Source: an uncultured Clostridiaceae bacterium (lineage in GTDB: Bacteria; Bacillota; Clostridia; DUPQ01). Taken from it: a stretch of DNA of 64,000 nucleotides. This document shows, in pieces, positions 9,602 through 19,506 of this stretch. Location: assembly GCA_964563155.1 (NCBI GenBank), contig CAZLVL010000005.1:7367-71366 (forward strand), given 5' to 3'. The translations under genes and the position numbers were made by a program. Numbering within the stretch: position 1 is the stretch's first letter; every line of letters begins with the position of its first letter. The notes under the pieces are model-generated. The model had not been told where the DNA came from and made no database searches. It saw only the letters and a list, made by a program, of their open reading frames with translations.

Positions 9602-12034
9602 TTACTTTTCGTAAACTTCTAGCAATTCGATATCATTCATCCATCCCCAGAAAGTAGTGATATCAGGTGTAACTGTATCAACGTTAACTCTTTCTGTGCT
9701 GAAGATGATAATATTTTGTCTTTGATATGAAGGTACTTCAACAGCCCAGTCAATGATGATGTCTAAGCAGGCTTTGTAAACAGATTTTCTGTAGCCTTGA
9801 TCATCAGACTTACGAGCTTCAACGATTAGATTGTCTAGTTCAGAATCTGCGATGTGATAGTGGTTAGAATCAGATCCGCCTCTACCAACGATTCCTGAGC
9901 TATGGTATACCTGATACATATCAGGATCAATTGTTGAACCCCATGCTGCTGTCCATAATTCTTGTGTTCCTGCATCTAGTCTGTCCCAAAGAACTGAAGA
10001 GTCAGATAAATCGTTAACTTCTAGAGTAATACCGATTTTCTTTAAAGCTTCAGAAGAGTTGGTTAGAACTTGGAAGTTGGGGTGGTCCCCAGCTCCATCA
10101 CCAGGAATTAGAGCTTCATAGGTTAAGCTTGCGCCTGCGGGTGCTGCTGTAAATTTCTTAGCAGAATCATCCCAGGTATAGCCTGCAGCCTTGAAGTAGT
10201 CTACAGCTGCATTTAGAGCTGCATCATATTTAGCTTGTGCATCCATATCTGATGTGTAAATAGGATTGCCATTAACATCAGTTGAGAATGCTACCTTGTA
10301 GTCAGCATCAGATTTTTGTGGAGCTGCCCAAGATGTGTTAGAAATAGGATAGTTAATAACTGAAGCTGCATCGCCATAGTAGCTGTCAATAGCAACATCA
10401 CGATATACTGCTAATATTGTAGCAATAGCTGTTCTTAAGTTCTTAGATTCTTTAGATTGAGAATCTGTTCCTACTCTTACTGTGTCAGCATTTAAGCCAA
10501 CATAGCCATATCCAAGGTTGTCAACTGAACTTGTGGTAATTATATTTCCATCTAACTGGCCATTAGAGTTAAAGTCACGGATTTGTTGGAATTTAAGTTT
10601 TGAACCAGAAGGATTGGAAACGTCAATTGTTCCAGATGCTAAGGCTGTGATCTTATCACTTTCACCAACTTCTTTGAATTGGATGTATTTAACCTTAGGT
10701 GTTCCTTTGTAGTAATATTCGTTTGCTTCGAAATAAACTACCTTGTCTTCATATTTTACAAATTTGTATGGTCCAGCACCCATAGGATTGGATGTTTTAG
10801 ATTCAACAATGGAAAGATCTCCAAATGGGAATCCATATTGACCATTTTTGTAATCATAAAGATTTTCATCACCATAATAGTGTAATGGTGTAATGCTTTG
10901 GCCTAAAATAGCATAAATAGCAGAAGCTTCGTATCCTTGAGTTTTAACTTCAACTGTGTAGTTGTTAACTCTTGTAATACCAGTAATGCTCTTAATTCCA
11001 TCTGCACCCATTGCTTCGTCTTTTGAACCGAATTCAAAGATAAACTTAGACTTAGCAGTATTTAATACGTCAGTATCATCAGCTGCTTCAGTATCCCAGT
11101 ATTCTTCTGGATCGCCATCATAAGCTTCTTTTGTTTCTAACATATAGTCTTCTAGGGTTGGGAATTCGCCTTTAGCCATATCAAAGGTTTTTCCTGTTAC
11201 TGCACCGATTAGGGTAGTATCTTCTGTGTAAGCAAAGCCCCACATTCTCATACCAAAGCCGATTTGCATTCCTTCACTTGCAGCAATTTCTGCACTGGAG
11301 TATGGGAACCAACCATCGTCAGCATATGCTAAGTAGTTATTAAATACATAACTTACAATTGCACCAACGTCATTTACCCACTCTTCATTTAGAAGTCTCC
11401 AGAAACCATCTTGTTGTTCTTTTGTCCAAGTATCAGATGCACTCCAATCATGATCTTCCCCAGCAGCATAAATGGCATCTACGATTGCAACGTATTTGTC
11501 ATAAACTTCGTCTGTTGTTTGGGTTTGATAGTTCTTAAGACCTAAGATGTTATAAGAAGAAAGTGTTGTGGAACCAACATAAGAAGGATCACAATACACA
11601 TAATAAGTGAATATTAGGTCATCAATGGTCATTAACTTCCCATCGGAGAAAGCAACATCTTTTCTTATAGTTGCACGATAAGTGGTTATGTCCGCTTTTT
11701 CGTCATAGTCAACTGATAAATCAGCCATACCGGTATAAAGATAATCGGTACCGTTAAAGTTAACTGTTTCACCCTTTATTGCGTTGTAAATAACTCCTCC
11801 AACTCTATCAGTAGTCATAAGTCCAACTTGAGTCATGCCATAAACGTCAACGTCATAAGCAGTGTCTGCGAAGAAGGGGCTGAATTTTCCACTGAAAGGG
11901 TCATATCCGATAACTAGTGGAGTCATAATTGTGGCTTCGCCCTTTTTTGGTTTAGGCGCACAAGCAGACATCACTGCTACCAAGAGAATTACTACAAGCA
12001 CAATGCTGAGTATACTCTTTGTTTTAAATTTCAT
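9602..12034 (-). CDS. oppA: Oligopeptide-binding lipoprotein OppA (family 5 SBP), unusually large (810 aa)
   Basis: Signal peptide plus lipobox VMSAC. SBP_bac_5-like body. First gene of the opp operon. Confidence 0.8.
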   Translation of the reverse strand: MKFKTKSILSIVLVVILLVAVMSACAPKPKKGEATIMTPLVIGYDPFSGKFSPFFADTAYDVDVYGMTQVGLMTTDRVGGVIYNAIKGETVNFNGTDYLYTGMADLSVDYDEKADITTYRATIRKDVAFSDGKLMTIDDLIFTYYVYCDPSYVGSTTLSSYNILGLKNYQTQTTDEVYDKYVAIVDAIYAAGEDHDWSASDTWTKEQQDGFWRLLNEEWVNDVGAIVSYVFNNYLAYADDGWFPYSSAEIAASEGMQIGFGMRMWGFAYTEDTTLIGAVTGKTFDMAKGEFPTLEDYMLETKEAYDGDPEEYWDTEAADDTDVLNTAKSKFIFEFGSKDEAMGADGIKSITGITRVNNYTVEVKTQGYEASAIYAILGQSITPLHYYGDENLYDYKNGQYGFPFGDLSIVESKTSNPMGAGPYKFVKYEDKVVYFEANEYYYKGTPKVKYIQFKEVGESDKITALASGTIDVSNPSGSKLKFQQIRDFNSNGQLDGNIITTSSVDNLGYGYVGLNADTVRVGTDSQSKESKNLRTAIATILAVYRDVAIDSYYGDAASVINYPISNTSWAAPQKSDADYKVAFSTDVNGNPIYTSDMDAQAKYDAALNAAVDYFKAAGYTWDDSAKKFTAAPAGASLTYEALIPGDGAGDHPNFQVLTNSSEALKKIGITLEVNDLSDSSVLWDRLDAGTQELWTAAWGSTIDPDMYQVYHSSGIVGRGGSDSNHYHIADSELDNLIVEARKSDDQGYRKSVYKACLDIIIDWAVEVPSYQRQNIIIFSTERVNVDTVTPDITTFWGWMNDIELLEVYEK

Positions 12035-12078
12035 AATTTACCTCCTCAAATAAATACCTTGTAGTTAAAGTTTTAAAC

Positions 12079-12107
12079 ATAATATCATGGTCACTTACAA
12101 GTGTCAA
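12079..12107 (-). promoter_or_regulatory. sigma-A type promoter for oppA
   Basis: Minus strand reads TTGACA, 17-nt spacer, TATTAT. Then ~45 nt to GAGGAGG and the oppA ATG. Confidence 0.5.
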
Positions 12108-12191
12108 CGAATTTTACCACCTAGATTTCACAATTTAGACACATTTGACCGCAATCTTCATGGATTTTTCAATTTTTCATTTATATGCTTG

Positions 12192-13574
12192 TTACTTATA
12201 TGATTTGATTAAATCTGCCATTTTATTGGCTGACTCTTTGACATGGTCTTCATCTTCCCCTTCAACCATAACCCTAATAACAGGCTCTGTCCCAGAGACT
12301 CTTAGAATAATCCTACCTTTTTCTCCTAAATCTGCTTGAATGCTTTGTAGGAGGATACAAATATCTTCTTTAGAACAAATCTCTTTTTTAAGAGTTTCAT
12401 CTATTTCCACATTAATCATAAGCTGGGGAAAGGGATTTATTATTTCAAAAATATCCTTAGATTTAAGATCCATTTCAATTAAAGCCTGACAAATAATTAA
12501 AGAAGCTAAGATTCCATCTCCAGTGGTAGAAGGTGGCATAGATATAATATGGCCTGACTGTTCTCCACCTAAGGTAAAACCTTCTTCAATCATTTTTTCA
12601 GCTACATACCTATCTCCCACATTGGTCTTTACTAAACTAATCCCCTCTTTTTTTGCAAATAGGTCCATAGCTAAATTACTTAGACTGGTTACCACCAAAG
12701 TATTTTTATTTAAAAGCCCTAATCTATTATAGTAAAGGGCAAGTAGAGCCATTAAAACATCTCCATTTAACTCTCTACCTAGACTATCTACTCCTATTAC
12801 CCTATCGGCATCTCCATCATAGGCAAAACCTATATCAAAGTCTCCCTTTTTAATTTCTTGAGATAAAGCCTTTATATATGTAGAGCCACATTGGTCATTT
12901 ATATTAATTCCATTGGGTTTATTATTAATAACCTCTACCTGACAGCCCAATTGTCTAAAGACCTCTGGAGCAATATGACTGGCAGCTCCATTGGCACAGT
13001 CTAATAAAACCTTAATCTTACTTATATCCACTTTTACTTTATCTTTTAAAAAGGAAATATATTGTCCCTTACAGTCTAAATCTTTTATAATGCTACCAAT
13101 AGAGTCATGAGTTTTTAAATTGATATAATTTCCGCTTTCTAAAAGAGCTTCAATTTCATTTTCTATTTCATCGTCTAATTTATAGCCATCTTTATCAAAA
13201 AACTTAATACCATTGTATTCATATGAATTATGGGAAGCTGAAATGGATATGCCTGCGTCGCAGTCATAATATTTGGTCAAGTAGGCTACAGCTGGAGTTG
13301 TTATGGTATTTGCCCTTATAACTTCAGCACCCATGGCACAAAGTCCTGCCTCCATGGCTGAAACCAACATGTCTGACGAGATTCTAGTATCAGCACCAAT
13401 TAAGACCTTGGGCTTATGACAGTTCTTACCTGCTAAAACCCTGGCCCCTGCCTTTGCCAAATTAAAGGCAAAATTAGCAGTTATATCAATATTAGCTAGA
13501 CCTCTTACTCCATCAGTACCAAATAGTTTTCCCATACAAATTTTGCATAATCCAGTCAGTGACTTATCATGCAT
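12192..13574 (-). CDS. glmM: Phosphoglucosamine mutase
   Basis: LFGTDGVRG N-terminus, active-site serine block SASHNS, 460 aa. Confidence 0.9.
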   Translation of the reverse strand: MHDKSLTGLCKICMGKLFGTDGVRGLANIDITANFAFNLAKAGARVLAGKNCHKPKVLIGADTRISSDMLVSAMEAGLCAMGAEVIRANTITTPAVAYLTKYYDCDAGISISASHNSYEYNGIKFFDKDGYKLDDEIENEIEALLESGNYINLKTHDSIGSIIKDLDCKGQYISFLKDKVKVDISKIKVLLDCANGAASHIAPEVFRQLGCQVEVINNKPNGININDQCGSTYIKALSQEIKKGDFDIGFAYDGDADRVIGVDSLGRELNGDVLMALLALYYNRLGLLNKNTLVVTSLSNLAMDLFAKKEGISLVKTNVGDRYVAEKMIEEGFTLGGEQSGHIISMPPSTTGDGILASLIICQALIEMDLKSKDIFEIINPFPQLMINVEIDETLKKEICSKEDICILLQSIQADLGEKGRIILRVSGTEPVIRVMVEGEDEDHVKESANKMADLIKSYK

Positions 13575-15159
13575 CTCCTTTTAACTTATATTTTTCAATA
13601 ATAGCCTGAGCTGTTTTAATGCCATCAATGGCAGCAGACATAATACCACCTGCATAACCTGCCCCTTCACCACAAGGATAAAAACCTTCAAATCCTAGAG
13701 CTACTCTTTTTTCATCTCTTAAGATTCGTATAGGTGATGAAGTCCTAGTTTCACAAGCTGTTAAAACCCCTTTTGTAAAACAAGGGATTTTCTTTTCCAT
13801 TCCATAAATAGCTTGGCTAATATCATTATAAATGTTTTTGTCATAAATATCACTTATATCTGTAAACATATAGCCTGGCCTTATGCTTGGCTTTACTCTG
13901 TTAGACCTTTCCATCTCTTGATTTAAAAAGCCATTTACACTAGAGACTCCCGCTACATAGGTTCCTCCACCTTTTATAAAGGCCCTTTTTTCTATTTCTC
14001 TTTGAAAAACCATTCCTGCTAAGGGATGCTTACTTCCAAAATCCTTTTGGTCTACAGAGGCTACCAAGGCACTGTTAGCATTAATACCATCTCTTTTAGA
14101 TAGACTCATACCATTGGTAACTAAAAGATTTTCCTCAGAAGAGGCATTTACCACATAGCCTCCTGGACACATACAAAAGGTATATACAGACCTTCCGGAT
14201 AAAGCCCTGTGGCTTAGGGAATACTCAGCTGCTAAATCAATATATTTCTTTCCTTGGCCATACATACACTCATCAATATCTTCTTGTAAATGCTCAATTC
14301 TGTAACCAACAGAAAAAGCCTTAGATTCTAAAGGCAATCCCCTATGAAAAAGCATTTCATAGGTATCTCTGGCACTGTGGCCTGTAGCTAGGACTAAGAC
14401 ATCCACATCCATTTTTTCTTTATCATTTATATATACTTGTTTGACTTTATTATTCTTATCTACCTTTAGGTCTGTTAGTTGAGATTCAAACAAGAAAACA
14501 CCTCCAGCTTGTATAATTGCATTTCTTAGGTTGGGTATAATCTTTTTAAGGACATCTGAACCAATATGGGGTTTAGCCTCATAAAGAATAGAGGCATCTG
14601 CTCCCATTTCATGTAAAAGGGACAATACCCAAAAAGAGGCTGGATCTTTTATTCTTGTAAAAAGTTTTCCATCTGAAAAGGTTCCAGCTCCTCCTTCTCC
14701 AAATTGAATATTGGAATTGGTATTAAGCTGTCCACTATCCATAAAAGAAAAGATATCTTCTTCTCTTTTTTCTACCTTTTTACCTCTTTCTATTACATAG
14801 GGTTTATAGCCTTCTTTTGCCAAAAGATAGGCTGCAAAAAGCCCTGCTGGTCCAGCTCCCACTATTAAAGGATTTTTGCAGGGAATATTTCCTTGTTTAA
14901 TAGGCTCTAAAACAAAGGGCTCATAAACTTTTAGATTCATTTTATTAATAAACTTATCATCTGCTTCAAAGACAGCACTTATGACATACTTAATGTTCTT
15001 CTTTTTTCTAGCATCTAGAGATTTTCTTTGTAAAAAGGAAATCTTAATATTATTATTCTTAAGAAGCTTTCTTGCTTTTTTTTCGACAACTTCTAATAAA
15101 TCTGTCTTATGGGCTTCTTCAATGGGCACATTTATACCCTCGTACAAAAACTTGGTCAT
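13567..15159 (-). CDS. FAD-dependent protein (COG2509 family, NAD(FAD)-utilising dehydrogenase-like)
   Basis: Dinucleotide-binding motif IVGAGPAGLFAAYLLA after a ~90 aa N-terminal domain. Overlaps the glmM start by 8 nt. Confidence 0.7.
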   Translation of the reverse strand: MTKFLYEGINVPIEEAHKTDLLEVVEKKARKLLKNNNIKISFLQRKSLDARKKKNIKYVISAVFEADDKFINKMNLKVYEPFVLEPIKQGNIPCKNPLIVGAGPAGLFAAYLLAKEGYKPYVIERGKKVEKREEDIFSFMDSGQLNTNSNIQFGEGGAGTFSDGKLFTRIKDPASFWVLSLLHEMGADASILYEAKPHIGSDVLKKIIPNLRNAIIQAGGVFLFESQLTDLKVDKNNKVKQVYINDKEKMDVDVLVLATGHSARDTYEMLFHRGLPLESKAFSVGYRIEHLQEDIDECMYGQGKKYIDLAAEYSLSHRALSGRSVYTFCMCPGGYVVNASSEENLLVTNGMSLSKRDGINANSALVASVDQKDFGSKHPLAGMVFQREIEKRAFIKGGGTYVAGVSSVNGFLNQEMERSNRVKPSIRPGYMFTDISDIYDKNIYNDISQAIYGMEKKIPCFTKGVLTACETRTSSPIRILRDEKRVALGFEGFYPCGEGAGYAGGIMSAAIDGIKTAQAIIEKYKLKGDA

Positions 15160-15172
15160 CTGTAATCCTTAT

Positions 15173-16678
15173 TTACTTATTTGATACTAAAATTGGAATC
15201 TTAATTTCTTCATAAAGTCTAACGTTATCAGGTAGGTTCTCATCCTTTACCAAGGCATCGATTAAATGAACTCCTTCTGCTAAATCAGCTACATCAACAA
15301 AGATCTTTAACTCTGAAACATCCACTCCCTCTAAATCCTTATTCAATCCAACTAGTCTCATAACAATGATATCATTATCTATATCATAGTTGTATGAATA
15401 AGAAGTGTTGGCTAAAACCACCCTATCTCTATTGATAGAAAATGAGGCAATAGTCTCTACATATATATTTACAGTAGAGGCTTCTACAAGGGTTACATTA
15501 GCAGCCAAAGGAGATAACCTAATGGCAAGAGACCTCTGTCCATCGCTTAAACCTAATAAATCAACATAAGGTAAGAGGTCTTTTTTAGTTAAAAGATTAA
15601 GTACTGACCCTCTACCCTTTATTACGATATAAAAGTCGTTTTGATTAATACCATATTCTTTTAATAAGCTTTTGTTTCTTGTTTCCAATTCACTTATGTC
15701 ATAATCAAACCTTTTTGTGCTTAACTCTTCAATGTTTACATTAATCTTTATCTTGTTACTTAAGTTTATGTCATTTGACATAGTGTATATATTGGTAGAT
15801 GCAGGGGTAAGAAGGCTAACCTCTGTTGAAAAGGACTCTGTTTTACCAGATATATCTAGAGTTTCAGTATAAATGGTATCAATCTCATCAATTACACTAA
15901 TATCCCCTACTAAAATAGCGTCTGTATAGTGAAGGGTGTTTCCTAAGTAAACATGGTCTTCACCCAATTTGGAGGTACCACTTAGTTTTGAAGCAAGCTT
16001 TATTTGCTTTCCTACAATTACACTTACGTCCACAGTAACAGCATTGGAATATTCATTTATAATATTTCCATTTTTATCATAGACCTTACAGGCCTTTCTT
16101 ATGGTAAAGGGCTGATAGGTATCATCTAAGTCCACCTCCACCTCAATACTTCCAATATTGGAAACAATAGAGGTAATATCAGATATGGATTGAATGCTAG
16201 GGGTTACTGTATAGGCTACCAGAACATAACCCTCAGGCAATTGGCCAGAAAAGTTTAGAACAACAGGAAATTCAGAAGAAACTACCTTTTCCACAGCAAT
16301 ATCTTTGATTAAATCCTTTTCATCATAGGAAAAGGTAATATTTGCCTTTCCAGAGTAATCAAGGGACTTTACCTTAATTGTATTGGTATCTTCACTTATT
16401 ATTTCCATATAGTCTATAAGGGCTGAAAAGTCTTGGGCTTTTACATTATCAATTTCACTGGATGAACCCTTAATTTGAATATCTAAAAAGGTATCAGGAT
16501 TATCCACCACTTTAAAGCCTCTAAGATTAAGGTTCTTTTCATTTACAATGCTTACAGGAATGGTGATGCTTTTCATTTCTATAGGGTTATTGTTTACGGT
16601 AACAATAAACCAAACAAAGACTGCTATTACTAAAGATAATATTTTCAAAAAGAGGTTTTCTTTAATTCTACTCCACAT
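15173..16678 (-). CDS. cdaR: CdaA regulatory protein CdaR (YbbR-like domain repeats)
   Basis: N-terminal TM helix followed by repeated YbbR-like beta-rich segments. Immediately downstream of cdaA and overlapping it. Confidence 0.7.
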   Translation of the reverse strand: MWSRIKENLFLKILSLVIAVFVWFIVTVNNNPIEMKSITIPVSIVNEKNLNLRGFKVVDNPDTFLDIQIKGSSSEIDNVKAQDFSALIDYMEIISEDTNTIKVKSLDYSGKANITFSYDEKDLIKDIAVEKVVSSEFPVVLNFSGQLPEGYVLVAYTVTPSIQSISDITSIVSNIGSIEVEVDLDDTYQPFTIRKACKVYDKNGNIINEYSNAVTVDVSVIVGKQIKLASKLSGTSKLGEDHVYLGNTLHYTDAILVGDISVIDEIDTIYTETLDISGKTESFSTEVSLLTPASTNIYTMSNDINLSNKIKINVNIEELSTKRFDYDISELETRNKSLLKEYGINQNDFYIVIKGRGSVLNLLTKKDLLPYVDLLGLSDGQRSLAIRLSPLAANVTLVEASTVNIYVETIASFSINRDRVVLANTSYSYNYDIDNDIIVMRLVGLNKDLEGVDVSELKIFVDVADLAEGVHLIDALVKDENLPDNVRLYEEIKIPILVSNK

Positions 16679-17540
16679 TTCTCCACCCCTTCTTTATAAT
16701 CTTCCTAATATTCTTTTTATCATCCTTATCCTTTACAAAATTCATCAATAGTGCCTTTCTCAAGGAGTCACTATTGAGATTTCTTACTAAACCACCATTA
16801 GAGGCATAGGATATTTTTCCACTTTCTTCAGATACAATAACCGCTATACTGTCTGATACCTCAGTAATCCCTAGGCCTCCTCTGTGTCTCATTCCCAGCT
16901 CAGTACCTAAATTAGGATTATCGGTTAAGGGTAGAAGACAAGATGCAGCAATTATTTTATCCTTTCTAATAATCACAGCTCCATCATGTAAGGGAGTTTT
17001 AGGAACAAAAATGTTTTCTAGAAGCTCTTGTGATACCTCTGCATTTAGCTGGACTCCTGTGTTCATAAACTCACCGATTTTAGTTTCTTTTTCTAAAACA
17101 ATTAAAGCTCCAATGTATTGCTCTGATAGACTGGTACAAGCCTTTACAATCTCCTCTATTACAGCTGAGGTTTTAACAGCTTCTTCATCTCCCATAGAGG
17201 AGAAAAACTGGGTGAATTCACTGGTCCCCAACCTTTCTAAAACCTTTCTTATTTCAGGTTGAAATAGTACAACCATGGATAAGGCTGTAAAAGCTAAAAT
17301 ATTGTTAAATAGATAGGTCATAATTTGCAGACCTAAAAAGTTACTGATTATAGCGACAATAAAGATAATTAGAATCCCCTTTAAAAGACTCCAAGCCCTA
17401 ATTTCTTTAACAAAGACAATTAACCTATAAATCAGATAGGTAACAATGGCAATATCCAAAATAGCGGATATAACCGTTAAGGGGCTAGTCATTTCTAATT
17501 TAAAATATTTAATTTGCTCAAACCAATCTATTCTAAACAT
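16668..17540 (-). CDS. cdaA: Diadenylate cyclase CdaA (c-di-AMP synthase)
   Basis: Three N-terminal TM helices plus a DAC domain with the DGA and RHR motifs (HDGAVIIRKD...GMRHRGGLGITE). Confidence 0.85.
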   Translation of the reverse strand: MFRIDWFEQIKYFKLEMTSPLTVISAILDIAIVTYLIYRLIVFVKEIRAWSLLKGILIIFIVAIISNFLGLQIMTYLFNNILAFTALSMVVLFQPEIRKVLERLGTSEFTQFFSSMGDEEAVKTSAVIEEIVKACTSLSEQYIGALIVLEKETKIGEFMNTGVQLNAEVSQELLENIFVPKTPLHDGAVIIRKDKIIAASCLLPLTDNPNLGTELGMRHRGGLGITEVSDSIAVIVSEESGKISYASNGGLVRNLNSDSLRKALLMNFVKDKDDKKNIRKIIKKGWRNVE

Positions 17541-17675
17541 GGTCCCTAAAGCTACCTTTACCTTAATTTTATATGAAAATAATCTCTTATCTCATTATAT
17601 ACCAAAATACATGTATTATTATACAATTCTTTAAAAGTGCTGTATATACAAATATTACCAAAATACTAGACCGAC

Positions 17676-19310
17676 CTAGTTGGAAATTTGTTGTCTAACT
17701 AGGCCCATTTCACAATATTTTTCTCGAATCTTTGGCTTTTCAATTTTCCCAGTAGGATTTCTTGGGACCTTATCAAAGATAAAGACCTTGGGTCGCTTGT
17801 AACGAGGCAACCCATTACAAAACTCTTCCATATCTTGGTCTGTTACAAAATGACCAGTCTTTACTTCAACAATTGCAGCTGCAATCTCTCCTACTCTTTT
17901 ATCTGGTAACCCTATTACAGCCACATCCTTAATGGACTCATGGCCTCTCATAAAATCTTCTATTTGAACTGGATAGATATTTTCTCCACCAGTAATAATT
18001 ACATCCTTTTTTCTATCCACTAAAAAGATAAAGCCATCTTCATCTTGCATAGCCATATCCCCTGTGTGTAACCAACCATCTTTTAAGACCTCTTTAGTAG
18101 CTGCTTCATCCTTGTAATAGCACTTCATAAGGCCAGGTCCTTTAACAGCCAGCTCCCCCACTTGACCTAGAAGAACCTCTTCATTAAACTCATCCACAAT
18201 CTTGGTCTGCCAACCATATCCTGGAATTCCTATAGCCCCTACCTTATGAATGTTTTCCATACCTAAATGAACACATCCTGGCCCTATAGATTCGCTTAAG
18301 CCATAGTTAGTATCATAGTCGTGGTCAGGAAAAACCTTCTTCCATCTTTGAATAAGACTTGGAGGTACTGGCTGAGCCCCTATATGCATAAGCCTCCATT
18401 GGTCTAAAGAATAATCTTTAAGATTAATCTCTCCCCCTTCAATTGCATCTAAGATATCTTGAGCCCAAGGAACCAAAAGCCAAACAATGGTAATCATCTC
18501 TTTGGACACAGCCTCTAAAATCCACTTAGGTTTTACTCCTTTTAACAAGACTGCCTTACTACCCACTAAAAAACTTCCAAACCAGTGCATTTTTGCCCCA
18601 GTATGATAAAGAGGTGGAATACATAAGAAGTTATCTTCCTTTGTCTGCTTATGATGTTCATTTTCTGTTACACAAGACCAATAAAGGGCATGATGACTGT
18701 GCAAAATGGCCTTAGGAAAACCTGTGGTTCCAGAAGAAAAGTATAGGGCTGCATCGTCTTCATAGGATAAAGAAATATCTACCCTTTCACAAGATGCCTT
18801 TAGCACTTCATCATCATAACTAGTTGCAAAACTAGGACAATCCTCTCCCACATAAATTAAAGGAGAAAATTTCTTTATCTCATCACATATTTTTTCAATT
18901 CTACTAACAAATTCTCTACCATAGATTAGAGCAATTGAGTCTGACTTATTTAAACAATAGAGTATTTCATCTGATGTATATCTGTAATTTAAAGGAACTG
19001 CTAGAGCCCCAGCTTTTAAGATTCCAAAATATATGGGTAGCCACTCAATGCAGTTCATTAAAAGAATTGCAATTTTATCCCCCTTTTTAATGCCCTTATC
19101 CATAAGAAAATTAGCTACCCGATTAGCTGTATCATCAAACTTTTTCCAGGATATCTCTTTTTGGTATGAGGCATCTGGATTAGTTTCAATAAGGGAGAAT
19201 TCCCTCCATGTTTTTTCTCTATTTTCTTCTGCTTCTGGATTGATTTCCACCAAAGCTATATCATTGGGGAATTTTTCTGCATTTTCTTCCAATATTTTGG
19301 TTATAACCAT
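17676..19310 (-). CDS. AMP-dependent synthetase/ligase (acyl-CoA synthetase family)
   Basis: AMP-binding motif YFSSGTTGFPKAILHSHH and the C-terminal GKIEK lysine motif. Confidence 0.8.
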   Translation of the reverse strand: MVITKILEENAEKFPNDIALVEINPEAEENREKTWREFSLIETNPDASYQKEISWKKFDDTANRVANFLMDKGIKKGDKIAILLMNCIEWLPIYFGILKAGALAVPLNYRYTSDEILYCLNKSDSIALIYGREFVSRIEKICDEIKKFSPLIYVGEDCPSFATSYDDEVLKASCERVDISLSYEDDAALYFSSGTTGFPKAILHSHHALYWSCVTENEHHKQTKEDNFLCIPPLYHTGAKMHWFGSFLVGSKAVLLKGVKPKWILEAVSKEMITIVWLLVPWAQDILDAIEGGEINLKDYSLDQWRLMHIGAQPVPPSLIQRWKKVFPDHDYDTNYGLSESIGPGCVHLGMENIHKVGAIGIPGYGWQTKIVDEFNEEVLLGQVGELAVKGPGLMKCYYKDEAATKEVLKDGWLHTGDMAMQDEDGFIFLVDRKKDVIITGGENIYPVQIEDFMRGHESIKDVAVIGLPDKRVGEIAAAIVEVKTGHFVTDQDMEEFCNGLPRYKRPKVFIFDKVPRNPTGKIEKPKIREKYCEMGLVRQQISN

Positions 19311-19506
19311 ATACTACCGTCCTACCTTGCTACCTAATATTCGATACAGTAACCTATTATAGCATTAAATAAATATTTGACAATCAAATATGAATTTAGC
19401 TTACCCAAAAACACTATAACCATAAAAAAAGAAAAAATATTGATTATGTGTACTCCTGTAAAAGTATAGTATACTTACAAGTAAGCAAAGTTAAGGAGAA
19501 AAAAGA

